Positions 13,293 through 26,206 of a DNA stretch of 64,000 nt are shown here, piece by piece. Where the stretch lies: NCBI GenBank assembly GCA_028023455.1, contig JAQFVV010000011.1, forward strand, positions 2,294,001 to 2,358,000. Reading direction: 5' to 3'. The stretch's first letter is position 1. Each line of letters starts with the position of its first letter. The notes under the pieces were generated by a model. It made no database searches. It worked only from the letters and a program-made list of their open reading frames with translations, and was not told the origin of the DNA. Source of the DNA: Epiperipatus broadwayi. Its lineage: Eukaryota > Animalia > Onychophora. The position numbers and the translations under genes are program-made.

Positions 13293-13938
13293 CTGAGAGC
13301 ACTGCATCTAGATCTTAGGATCTAATGCAACCCTCCAGCAGCCACCTTTTAACTCTATTTAACTACAAAACTATGAGAATGAAATTGAAAACACAATTAA
13401 TATTTTCAATCCAAGCTCAATAGCTTATATAGTCATATGAGTATGAACTCAATTCAGCACCCATACATTTTGGTGTCTTTGGCTCTTTAACAACCATAGC
13501 CACCACTATCCTATTAGGCAGGATTGGTGTTAAACCACTAAACATCACATGATCGCTATCTCATACTAGCACATAATTGTTATTAAACAATTCAGAACAA
13601 AGCAAAACTCTCCATATAGTAGTGCCATATTGTGCTAACAAGAGCAATCAATGGATACCAGAAGGCTTGTGCATAAAATCCCTATCTAGTACCTACTCAT
13701 CCAATATGCTTTGTTCTGAATTGTTTAATAACAATTATGTGCTAGTATGAGATAGTGATCATGTGATGTTTAGTGGTTTAACACCAATCCTGCTTAATAG
13801 GATAGTGGTGGCGAGCTTGGATTGAAAATATTAATTGTGTTTTCAATTTCATTCTCATAGTTTTGTAGTTAAATAGAGTTAAAAGGTGGCTGCTGGAGGG
13901 TTGCATTAGATTCTAAGATCTAGGTGCAGTGCTCTCAG

Positions 13939-13997
13939 ATCCAAGGCTCCTCACTGATGAAGGCCACAAGCCAGAAACTAGTCTGGGGATATTGGAT
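13939..13997 (+). ncRNA. Type I hammerhead ribozyme motif, family A
   Basis: atccaa ggc tcctca CTGATGA a ggc cacaa gcc a GAAA ctag TC tgggga ta ttggat. Predicted GUC cleavage after 13983, with a palindromic CTAG stem III. Confidence 0.85.
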
Positions 13998-14275
13998 GAG
14001 TAGGCACTAGATAGGGATTTTATGCACAAGCCTTCTGGTATCCATTGATTACTCTTGTTAGCACAAGATGGCACTACTATATGGAGAGTTTTGCTTTGTT
14101 CTGAATTGTTTAATAACAATTATGTGCTAGTATGAGATAGCGATCATGTGATGTTTAGTGGTTTAATAAACGTATTATCGTTTTTCAGTTTATGTATAGT
14201 CAGAATTTTTTCCTGAAAAGTTGCATATAAAAATAAATAAATCAATATGTTCTATACATCATGACTATCTATGCC

Positions 14276-14335
14276 TTGCGCGGTTTGGCGCAATGGCTAG
14301 AGCGTCTTGGGATCAGGCGGACTGGCGTTCGAACT
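14276..14335 (+). other. tRNA-like SINE head fragment
   Basis: CpG-rich island with an A-box-like tggcgcaatggctagagcg and a B-box-like gttcgaac. No complete cloverleaf. Confidence 0.4.
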
Positions 14336-15164
14336 TCTTATGAACTCCTGAACAACAAAGCCATATGGCCTTTTTGTATATATGAAGTTTTGAAGAAAGA
14401 ATCCTATAGCCTACATATCTAATTCTGATATTAATTATACAGTTATTGTACTGTGGCTATTATTGCTTTTTTTTTAAAAAAAAAAACATTAAATAAAATT
14501 GTGAATTTATATTTTTAGTGTAATTAAATTATAAAAGACTGTTTTGGGGAATTTTTAATGAACCTATATTATATTGCATCAATGTTTTTAAATTGATAAT
14601 TCAGAAAAAATAAATTATCCAGCCAATACGGTTAATAATATATAATATACAATATATAATTACTTTCATCTGAAAAAAAAAAAAACTATTATATTTTGTA
14701 TTTATTAAAAAGGCCATATGAATAATTCTTTAAATTAATAAATAATAATTATTTCTGAAAGAATCAATGACATCAGGCTGAAGTAGCTATTGTCATGAGA
14801 ATAAAGTTTTTGTATCGAAAACAGAAAAAAACGAATATAGTGGTTTTTTTTATAGTTTATATTTAAGAATATATATATTAAATTGTATAGTAAAAAACAA
14901 TAGCATCATTTTATTTTTTACAAATTATTTAAATAGTGCCCCCAAAATAGTAGTATATACAATGTAGAGAATTTTCAACTGTAATATAAATATATAAACA
15001 GTGTCAAACGTGTTAATGCCGAAAATTTGATACTTTTAAAACAAATTATGTACATATGGATATAGTATTTAATATCAAATGGTGAAATATTTATATATCT
15101 AATAATGGATAGTTAGTCACTTCATAGTAAAGAAACAAATTAATAATGAGCAACACATAAATTG

Positions 15165-15690
15165 TCACTTAATGAAAAGCTAAATCTCAATGCCCTTCCA
15201 ACAAGCCACTTTCTTGTGATGTATAGAGGTTTTTCATCTTTGGACCATGTTTGCTCACTCTGCCATAGGGAGGATGATACCATATTTCACATTTTCAACG
15301 ATTGTTCCTCTCTTCATGGCTGTAGAATATTGATTAATAAAATTTATACACCAAAACATCCAATTATCAACACACTCATAAAAGGTTTTGCTTATGGGGA
15401 TTTTGCAATTATAAGAAGTGCAACTTTCATCACGTTCTGTCTATGGTTTGTCAGATGCTTCCTAATCTTCAAGTCTGTTATACCTGATCCAACATTAATT
15501 TTTTACAAAAATTAAAAGATATCAAAGAAAGAGATTTGAAGTTAGCTCCTCACCTAATAGCAAATTCCACATGGAATCTTATTAATATTGGACATTAAGT
15601 AATTTAATGGTTTATAAATGTATTGCCAAATTTAATGTTATTTTATAATTTTTTCTTTATTGTAAACATAGTTAAATAAACCTGTTTTTG
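15165..15690 (+). pseudogene. L1/Tx1-like 3' fragment (CCHC region plus 3' UTR)
   Basis: NALPTSHFLVMYRG...CSLCHREDDTIFHIFNDC is homologous to 3794-4105 and 61900-62436. AATAAA at ~15674. Confidence 0.8.
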
Positions 15691-16814
15691 ATACTACTAC
15701 GTTCTGAAACGTATTTTGCTTTGTAATCAGAATTTTTGAATATATTGATTACACACACATATATATATATACACGCACATATATATATATATATATTCTA
15801 ACGGAATAAATTGGATAAGCCCTTTTATAGAAGCCCTAGGTCTTTGGATATGCCAAATCTGTAACAATATAAATGGTCCAACTGAAATTAATAGGATTAC
15901 ATAAATTGAGCAAGCCAAATCTATAATGGGATAAATTTGAGCAATAATTTTATTTAAATGCTACGAATTAAATTAAGCTAAAATATATATTGGAATAAAG
16001 CTGAAATCTATTAATACTATTTATTTATTAAACAAATACCAATCCAATTGGATGCCAAAATTATAATACACAAAGTAAACAATTCATTTTAAACTTTATA
16101 ATGGATATATTAAGTTTTAATTTATATTAGAATTAATTTGCAAAATAACCCTTTTATTATTATGTACTAAAATATTTAATAATATGAAATTGATGAATAA
16201 CATTATTTAAACTTGATGATTATATATAAAGTTTGTATCAGTAATTTATCGACTAGTTGTTTATGTTTGAATAATACCAATGGATATCTATGAAAACATT
16301 GTTTGATAATCACTGAATTTTAATAAAGCGCAAAGAGATTTTAAATTATTATTAATATATCATATACCTACCAAATCAAATAAGACTATTAACTCGAATT
16401 TAATACATATAACAATACTTTTGTTTAAGAGCTTGAAATCATTTATTATAAAATGTTCTGCTTGTTTTATCTAATGTGATGCTAAGATATTGTATATGTT
16501 CACCACAGAAAACATATTTATTTGTTATTTTCAATAGACAATTTAATATACAAAAGAAAAATGTTAATCTATTTTAGTTCACTTACTGTTTATTGACAAT
16601 ACAAATAAGATAATCAATTTATTATAATTGTCATTTTACAACAACATATTACTTATCCCAAATAGCAATCATCTCTTTACCTTATATATTATTCCAATTT
16701 TATATTTATGATCATCTATAAATGAATTAAAACAAATCATTAAGTTAAAGTTTACTATAATTTTTTAAAATATGATTTTTTTTTACAGTACAGGCTTTTT
16801 CATACCTGCACTAA

Positions 16815-16980
16815 TTCAGACTTTCACATGACTTTCAACCATCCATGTTATCTCATACTATTGATATATTGGTGATTATTTATCTTTTTAACATGTGTGT
16901 GTTCAAGTGTATCAGCAGAATAAGATAGCATGGATGGTTGAGGGTCGTGTGAAATTCTGAGTTTAAACCCCTATATATAA
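16815..16980. mobile_element. Family C fold-back fragment lacking the HHR core
   Basis: 16866-16980 matches family C from tatattggtgattatttatc onward. 16817-16853 is an inverted copy of 16923-16959. Confidence 0.65.
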
Positions 16981-17435
16981 TTATTTAAATTTTATTTTAG
17001 AATTACTTAAATGTTCTTTGTCATTAATTATTTACATATCCCCTTATATATATATTCACACATGTAATTGTCTTAAAATAATAACAATACAAATAATTAT
17101 GAAATAAATAAGATATACGACATGTTGATTAAATGACAAAATATTAAAAAAGTTGTTAAATTCACGTGAAGAAAAATCCATGAGATGATATTTTTCAATG
17201 GTTTAATATACCAAGAGTTTATTTCTCTTGTCTTTTAAATATTCAAAATTTACTTAGGTAAATAATCCTTGGCAAATTATAATACGTTTTAACATTTTAG
17301 GAAGCACAAAATAATAAACATTTTATCCTTTTTAAAATGATTAGATCATTATTTTATTAAAATCAAATTGTTATCCATTTAGTCATAACTTTATCAAAAT
17401 ATTTATTGGTATATTGACACATATTATTCCATATA

Positions 17436-17742
17436 TAAATATTTTAAGACAGGCTAAAACCTGTATCAAATGCACCTTGAAATATTTATAAATAGGCAAA
17501 TATCATTTTGCCATTAGAGGGACCTCACAAATCATGACACAAGATAGCGACTTTTATAAAGATAAGAGTGGCATCTTATCTTTAGTCTATCTTGTGTCAT
17601 GGTTTGTGAGGTCCCTCTATCAGCAAAATGATATTTGCCTGACTATTTATAAATATTTCAAGCACATTTGATACAGGTTTTAGCCTGTCTTAAAGTATTT
17701 ACATATACTTCCTATGCGCTTAATAAAATATAATTACAACTC
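17436..17742. mobile_element. Fold-back insertion, family F, 14-bp TSD
   Basis: Arms ~17440-17545 and ~17587-17700, with a hairpin in the spacer. TSD tattattccatata at 17422-17435 and 17743-17756. Confidence 0.85.
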
Positions 17743-19199
17743 TATTATTCCATATAGCAAAACTTTATATGCATATTTAAAATTCTTAGAATGCACTTAA
17801 AATAATTCCATTTCTTAGTTATTATTCTAGATCACCCTTCAAAAGACTATTAGTCTTTTGAAGCAAACATTATTATTTAGCCTCACATTATATTATTTAA
17901 ATATTTTTTTAAATAAATAAGTTGTGTTTTATACTTTATTTACTGCTAACGCAGTACGCCAACTAAAGTGATAGAAAAGTATAGAAAGAATGTTCCTAAC
18001 ATAAGTCACACGTATTTTTATATAATCTGCTTATTGATATGACATTTAGGTTATTGACCTAAAAACTATCTAATGACCAGCTCAAATTTATCCCTTTTGA
18101 GCCATTGAGTTATTTTTCCACTTAATTAGAGTTTAAAAACATACCAAAATTTTTGAATGAAATATTGACTTTTAATTTTTTTAAAAAGAAAATTATATTA
18201 AAATCAAAATAATGACAACCGTTTTAAGCTCTTCTTATTATATTCAAATCAGAGAATAAAATAAATAAATGCAAACAAAAAACACATTTGCTTGTTTAAC
18301 AAAAATATTACATTTTATATGCCTTTAATAACAAGCATATATGATTTTAAATTTATATAATAAATTAAACATACATGTACATATATCCATACACATATAT
18401 AAAAATATAACTTATTTATTTATAGTCGATTGTTGTTCAAATATGTGATAAAATAAAATATTAATGCAAAAACCTATCAAAATATGTGTTCAAACTTATG
18501 TAACATTTTTATAATAAGATATTAAATTTAATGTAAGAAATTACCTATCATATTATTTAAATAATAAAAAAAGAATTGTGAATACTACTTTGTATTCCAG
18601 TGTATTTACAATAACTCAAAATTAACATAAACATTATTTGATAAGTAGTTGATAACACATAAGCTATGACAGTATTTTTTTAAATATGACTGTACCCATT
18701 TCAAATTTAATTAAGGATGGTACAATATATCTAGTATTTAATACCGTGATGCTCTGTCTATCTAAATAATAAAGAAAGCAAAACAACATGACATAAGTTT
18801 TATGTCAATCAACATAATATAGTTATGACTTCTGGAGATCATAGGGATACAGATTATCACATTATTCAAGAGATGATCCAAGAGAAGGTAACCCATTACT
18901 GTATTAACAACATACTTATCCAGTTTAGATCACACGATTCATAGAATAAAACAAACTGATATTTAAATGTATTAAAGATGCATCACCACCATTAGATGTT
19001 AATTGTGAATGACAATGGCTATCCTTATTCCAGGAAAAAAAGGAAAAAGTTATAAATGAGATTTGCAATGACTGCAAAAAGTAATCCAAGAATTCACATA
19101 TATTAAACATTGCTTCTTTAACCTGATTATTTGAAATCTTGAGATGTAATCTTTAATCTCTTTTTATAAAAACAATTGATATATTTCAGTCAACTTATT

Positions 19200-19590
19200 T
19201 AATTATATTCTATCTTCAATCCTATCCTCCCAACAAAAACAAATACCATCGTGACTCTTTAGAATCTCTTTGCTTTTATAATGTTGCTTTCATGAAACAA
19301 TTTCTTCATAATATAGTGTTTTTTAGAAACTTCATAATTTTCATTCATTTCTTCTGTCCACTCCAAAAAAAATGTATCCCTTACAACAACAGATCCTATG
19401 TCATCATGTCTTACAAACTGAAAAATATACTGAAAATCTTTAAATGAAATTTTTCTTCTGACTCATGTTATATAGTGTATTGTCCATCAATATTCAAGTC
19501 TACCTTCCCATCTCATAAGTGTCTAAAACATTTGAACTGATTCACATTTCTCTATTAGCAGATAAAACACCTGAATTATTTGTGTACTAA
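19200..19590 (-). pseudogene. Highly decayed LINE RT/C-terminal remnant
   Basis: Minus-strand VNQFKCFRHL*DG resembles the V.xFKYLG...DG motif. Otherwise eroded. Confidence 0.35.
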
Positions 19591-19616
19591 TGGAAATTTT
19601 TTTTTAGAAAATTATT

Positions 19617-19715
19617 ATTTTTCCCCCTGTATCAAAGTATCGGCTGGGAAGCAAACCCACAAACCCAGGACAACTGCTTGTAAGGTGGCTATGCAGACCA
19701 CTCGGTCATCAAGGC
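19617..19715 (-). mobile_element. tRNA-Gly-derived SINE, diverged copy (TAC)
   Basis: Reverse complement matches the 9281 family, including the tttgatac tail. Confidence 0.7.
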
Positions 19716-20699
19716 TTGGCTAGTAAATTATTCTTTACATTGTCAATCATTATATTACTAAATGTTGAGAAATCAGCACATTAATATTTTAATTTAGTTT
19801 TTCATCAACTTAAGTTAGACCTTCCCATCCCATCATTAAATGTATATCATTTCTTAGTCCCTAATTCATTAAACTATTTATAAACCATTTAAAGATTCCT
19901 GACATAAAAAATGCTAAATAAAGCTATCCCCCTACTCCTGACTCAGAGTTCATTTTTAATCCAGTAAATGTTCTTTCACCAGTAAAAATATTTCTTCTTA
20001 AATCTGAACCACCAAACATTGCTCCAAACTTCTTAGATTGATTTATTTAAATATCTTAATCAAGTAAAGAAAGTGGTATGTAATTTATTTATTTTTTTCC
20101 GCATTTTCTTGGCAACATAAACCACATCAGCAACAACCTCTAAAATTATAGTAAGTCTCTACTGACAAATCTATGATTGGAAATAACATATTTGATAAAT
20201 CCTTGAAAGTACTTCTGCAAAAGTTTTTATATGTCTAATAAATTCCAATAGTTTTGGAATTAAAATATTACAACTACACTCTTAAACATTTTCAAACATA
20301 TGATTATTTCTTGGAATCTTTACATTTTTAAGGCTGCAAAAGAGTTGTTTTAACACCAACAAGTAGAATATTTCTTATCTAAATGCAAATGATTTGATAG
20401 GTTGCCTTATGTAATTTGATGCACTGATAGATTGGCAAACTGTGAAATTCAAGATCCATGAATCATAGACCATCTCAGTTATTTCCAATGATCAAACTTC
20501 TTATGGACTTTCAAGCAATAATCCTTTTGATTATTTGTTTTGCATGGTTTGAGATATTGGAAAAGTGGTAAACTCTGAACCTTAAAGTCCATAGGTCATA
20601 CCTAGTTCAGTCACTTTCTGAACTCAAACTTGTTTTTGGAACTTATTGAGCAATAAAGTCATTTAATTATTATTATTTAGTTTATAAGATGGCCATGTC

Positions 20700-21100
20700 A
20701 TTAAAATATCCATATCATTAATACAATTTCCTATTATAGTTGTAAATATTATCATATCGAAAAGTGCCATCCATAGTTTCAATATGTTTGTGACATATCA
20801 TTCAAGTTTATTTGGAAAAGATCACAAGTAACCACATTCAGAAAATCATGGCCCATTAACCCTTATCTCTGTTGCTGAAATTCTGCCTTTAAATTCCTTT
20901 TTTGCTTATACAGTTCCACATTTATTTCATTGTTCAGGCAACTAAGGTTGCAGGCTTCTTTTTAATTAAGTTGTTAAGAACAAAATCAGTCTCTGTCAAA
21001 TAAGCAAGAGTTTTTTAGTTAACAGCAGACCATACTCTACGTTAACCTCATACTTATGTAAAATGACAAGCTTAATGATCAAAATTGATGATTTTAGTTT
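20700..21100 (+). pseudogene. Highly decayed LINE RT remnant
   Basis: ENHGPLTLISVAE at ~20845 resembles NYRPISLLSV. Confidence 0.3.
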
Positions 21101-21692
21101 GTAATAGCTTTGATGATTAAAATTGATGAATTTAGTACTTAATAACTGTTGAATGTCCCCTATATCAGTTACTTTTTTAAAAATGATGTTAAATTTCCTA
21201 ATATATATATTTGGAATAGCATCTATTATATTTTAACTTTGGATTAAATGTAAACTTATAGAATGGTGTGTTATTTTGAAATCTCTATAATTTGAGAATC
21301 ATACAAGCATGATCTGATGTTGGATAGATGAAGTGAAGTTTTAAAATTGGGTGAAGATATAAAAAAGAGATCAATGAAAAATGAATCATTTTCTCTGCTA
21401 AATAAAGGTACAAGGAAGTTAGCAGTAGCAGGGTAAGTTGATTAAATTTAGATTGCAATATGAATGACAATATAGATATAAATTTATTGGAAGGTGATAG
21501 GCACTTCACATAAGAAAAGACTGAAATAAATATCCAATTTCACAAGTGTCAATATTCAAACCACTATTTTTTTATAGTTGTAACTTTTGTTGGTTTGTGA
21601 AGATCTTAAGTGACAATCAATTTGGACAACAATAACTTGTGAGAATAATATACCGAGAGAGTACCTAAAAGTAACCGGAATTTTATAATAAA

Positions 21693-21744
21693 CAAAGCAA
21701 AGCAAAACTCCATATAGAGGTGATCATGTGATGCTTGCTGGTTT
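21693..21744. mobile_element. 52-bp family A mini-insertion (two opposed fragments), 14-bp TSD
   Basis: caaagcaaagcaaaactccatatag (family A, minus sense) joined to aggtgatcatgtgatgcttgctggttt (plus sense). TSD aattttataataaa at 21679-21692 and 21745-21758. Confidence 0.7.
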
Positions 21745-24700
21745 AATTTTATAATAAAAAATTGTTTATTTTTAAGAGTTATAAATTTAATCATCTTCAA
21801 AGTATTGTCCATTTGATCCAATTCATGGGTCTAAATATGTTTTTTACCTTTTGAAGTAGTTCAGAAACTTTTGCAAAATGATGCCTCTTAATGTGTGCAT
21901 CATTTTTTCTTCATCACTTCTAAGTCCGCATAAGAAAAAAAACACATTTTTCCATTCTAGAGAAGAAAAAGAAGTGGCACAGAGTAATAGTGAGTGAATA
22001 TGACTGATAGATAAGCTAGGTCATGCTGAATGTAATTAAAAATTGTGTCACACTCAAGGCTTTGTACACTGAAGCAGTATCGTGGTGAAGCTTGCACTCC
22101 TCATTTTACCCATCATGCAAATGTTTCATAATTTGAAATAAAACACCTGACCATCATGAATATATTCTGAAAGAAAAATGTTATTTGTCTCAAAACAAAG
22201 AAAAAAAAAACAGCATTTTCTTGACATTGGATTTCACTCATCGCGCTTTTTTGGAATGTGATAAATTTGACACTTCCATTATAGTACATGTATACTTTGA
22301 TTTTTCCCAGAAAATTTTGCTTGTAATATGTTTTAAGCATTACAACTGTTTTTCTGCTAATTTCTCTAAAGAAAACAGAATTTCACATAGTATTAATTTT
22401 TCAGTCATTAGAAAAATTGACAAGTATGCAAAACACACTTTACAAAAAAATGTGCTGCATGGCACTATGATTTTACCTGATGATATCATTTGACATTTTG
22501 ATGCAGAAGAGCCACCAAAAGAGGTATATAGCAGCAGAAGCATATACTACAACAGACACTCTTACCACAGAATAAATCCAGGTATTTCCCTGCCCCCCCT
22601 TTAGTTCTATTGCAAGGTAAATGCATTGACTGTTCATTTCAAAAAACTGTGAAAGACTAAATCACTTACATTATGCAGATAATATTTCAGACTTTTATAG
22701 GGTCTTTCCATTTGACATTAAATTTATTATAATGATTTTGAATACCCAAGCAAGAAATATAATATACATTATATAGTTGATTTAGATTTTCTTAAGGTTT
22801 TTAAAACGACTATTTAGTACATCTGTCTTGAAAAAAATAAAGTAAGACTAAATTAATTTAACTCTTGTTTAATTTGCAATAGAATTTTTTTTTTTTACAA
22901 ATTGTTATCCAAATTATTTTATAGTGAGAATCTTTATAGACGGATATAAGAGCTTATTCTTTTTGTTTGTGAAAAAATTTTGATTTTATTATAAACGAAT
23001 GAATTTGGTTGTTTGCTTCAGGATTACCTTATATGAAATGTCTATAGTCTGACATTAAATTTATTATGAGAATTTTAAATATTTAAAACATAAATATTAT
23101 TTACATTAGATGTAAATGCATGATTATATCAGCTTAGGAATCATACAAAATAATAAAAGCTGTCTAACAAAAAGTCAAATCAATACTCTGTCATTCAGAG
23201 TAAAGTAGATTGGAAATCTGTCTTAAAATAAAATATAATTTTATTAATTTTTTACACATGCACATTCAATTATTTATAATGGAAATGTTTGCATTAACAA
23301 TGTTTTTATTTTACATGTGGAAACTATTTGAAGAAAAGAAAAACCCAAGAGGCATATTTTATAAATATGCCAGTCAATTTATTAAATAACCAACATAATT
23401 GCATTAATATGCATAAATTATGGAAAATTAATCATTCACATTGGCATATTACTGTTGAGTGATTTTAGTGAGATATTTTTGATTATTTTAATAATGGTAC
23501 TGAGGATGGCAGACACAATATAAGCTAGCTATAGCTATTATTTATTTTTATGTTGCTATTTTGAATATTGTAGAATTTATTCTAGTTGTTTGTTTAATAT
23601 ATATATTATGTACAAGAGCATTTAAGTGCCTTTAATTAATCCATTATTTTACTAAGATGTAAGGTATCATATAGTAATTAAATTTTGGACTGAAAACTAT
23701 GACAATACAAAGACTAGTACAAACAGTTTTAGATGAATCTCTTCATTAGTAGAGCCAAATCTCAACAGCACTAACTGCAAATCACAGTAGCCTTAATCTG
23801 CATAAATTCAGAATTTAACTATTATATGACATCTCATATCTTAGTTAAATAATAAACTAATAGAGATTTCTTAAAGGCTCTCATTTATAATATATTTTAA
23901 GATATAGCTATGCAATGTATTATTATGCAATTGGTTTAAGATATATATAAAATATTCATGCATGACAATAATGTTATAAAATCCCACTTATTGATACAAC
24001 AATCCAGTTTAACTTCAAATGACTTGTTACATGTATATTATCTCTCATTAATCGATGATCATTTCCTGTGTTGAATTTATTAAGAATATTACAATCTTGA
24101 AATATATATTTTCTGTTAGTCAAGATATAATCCAATTCTGCTGCATTTTCATTTGGATGTTACCATGTCCATTTCCTTTTTTCTCAAAAAAGGAATTCAT
24201 AATATTGAAACAGTCAACCTTAGTTTAATATCAAGTTTCACTGCTCTATCACAGCCCACGTTTCATCCTGCTTTTTTTTGTCATATGTATATAAACTATA
24301 CATATATTTCTGAGAAGCATCTATAAAGGTTACAAATATAAATTTTAAATAAAAATTCTTTAATTATTTTGATATTAATATCACTAGATGCGACTCAGAT
24401 ATATACATATATTAACGGAGCTTATATATATATAAAAGCGCAAACAAATATTGTAAATAATTTTGAATTTTTTTTTCTTTGATTATATCTTATTAATTTT
24501 GTAATTATTTTTCATTATAAAACTACATAAAAATTCAAGATGGAAGATGCAATCGCTGACTGTCCAAGAATAATTAAAGAGGTGGGAACATTACTTTGTT
24601 TCATGATTAAAAAGGAATTTTTAAATTAAAGTAAAATTTAAAACCAAGCTAATTGATTTAGTTAGCTGTTAACATTTTTATCAAATCTATATCCCACTGT

Positions 24701-26206
24701 GGAATAGAAAGGGGGGGGGGATTAATGAGTTCTTGTTAGTTATTTCTAAATAGCTCGTAAGATTGAGTTTGTATTTTAATAAATATATGCTTTTAAAAAA
24801 ATATTTGATCATAAATTTATACAAACTGTATAAATACTTTGCAATCTGAGGTGGAAATTGGTGTCTATTAAATTTTATTAATTTCTTTATTGATTATCAT
24901 CGCCAAAAGACTAGTGACTTAAATCTATTTTGTTATTTGCACTTTTAAGTGCATGAATTTTAGTTTTTTTGTTATATGTTAAACAAAATAGTATTGATCC
25001 AAGAAGGGGGAGAAATGCACACTTCATTAATTATAGTTTAACTTATGATAAATGACTTTATCTTACATGGGTCATTATTTTAGCATATCATTACGTATTT
25101 GTTAAACCATTTAAGGCTTTATTTTAGTATTTAAATTCAATGACTTTATATTTTTTATAATAGCTTTGCTGGCATATGTCAAATTATTAATAAGCCACAT
25201 AGGGCTTTGATCTGATTCATGATCATCTTCATTCATTATTCTTCTCCTCCAAATATATATTTATATACTGCTTTGATTCACCTGTACCTTATTCAAGCGA
25301 TTCAAAGCCTTCCATTTTTGTTATTGTTCTCATTCCTAACAGAAGTCTAAGTCTATTTCTGGAACAAGTCGGTCAGTGTAGTTGAAGCTCTACATGGACT
25401 TATCGTAAACCGGATCCGTAGCAACTTCCTACCTACCTTTCCTCTTTCAGCATCACTTTAGCATGAATCTGGCATACCACCTTAAAAATTGGAGAATGAC
25501 CTTGTCTTAGTGGAATCTGTGACCCTCTCTCTCACTGACATAATGCTAGCACTGCAATTTCTCATAGTTCGTTTTCTAGTCTGTTTAGCAAAATAAATTG
25601 TAATGATATGTGATAATGGAATGTTTTGCTCTTTAAATATTTTTCATTGGAGTTTTAGATCCAATCTCTCATGAAGCTGCCCACCTCTTTACTGAAATAA
25701 GAAATTCCCATATTTGTAGAGTTTCACAATATTCTATCGTTAAATGTCGAAATTGTGTAAAATAAATGTTTTATTCTACTCATTGATCAAAATATGTCCT
25801 TATTTTTATTATTACAAATAAAATCTATAAATGAAAATAAACTTATGTATGAAATGCCAAGGGCATCCTATAAAATTGTACAAATAGCAAAATTCTATTA
25901 TTGTCATATCTTTATATGTGTTTTAATGTATAAACATCCACCAACCATCCAGATAAATATATTTTTGTAACATCACATAAAATCCGATTTTAAGATATAT
26001 GTTCAGTATTGTAACTGCCACACTAAGTTGATATCTATTAAAAAAAAGTGTATAAAAATTGTCAAAGATTTGTAACCAAAATAATAGTTTAAACTGCGTG
26101 ACGTTGATTATACATATATAAAATCTTGAATTTTTGTCAAAATAAATATTTATGTTTTTAAACTTAATCCAGTTGTTCGAATCTCCTTAATACTATTTAT
26201 ATTTAT

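Larger units (their letters stand above)
13121..14163. mobile_element. Family A retrozyme-like insertion (465-bp monomer), head-to-head, 14-bp TSD
   Basis: Minus-sense arm 13121-13707 with a 465-bp period (13116 vs 13581). Plus-sense arm 13708-14163. TSD taataaacgtatta at 13107-13120 and 14164-14177. Confidence 0.9.

Noticed and set aside
13913-14119. 68-aa ORF with a homologue at 57965-58162
   Set aside because: Antisense reading of non-coding family A. The similarity reflects repeat homology, not coding constraint.
13121-14163. CRISPR-like or prokaryotic repeat interpretation
   Set aside because: No regular short repeat-spacer array and no cas genes. The context is eukaryotic TE-rich DNA.
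22113-22543. Overlapping short ORFs, a possible transposase relic
   Set aside because: No DDE or other diagnostic motif recognised.
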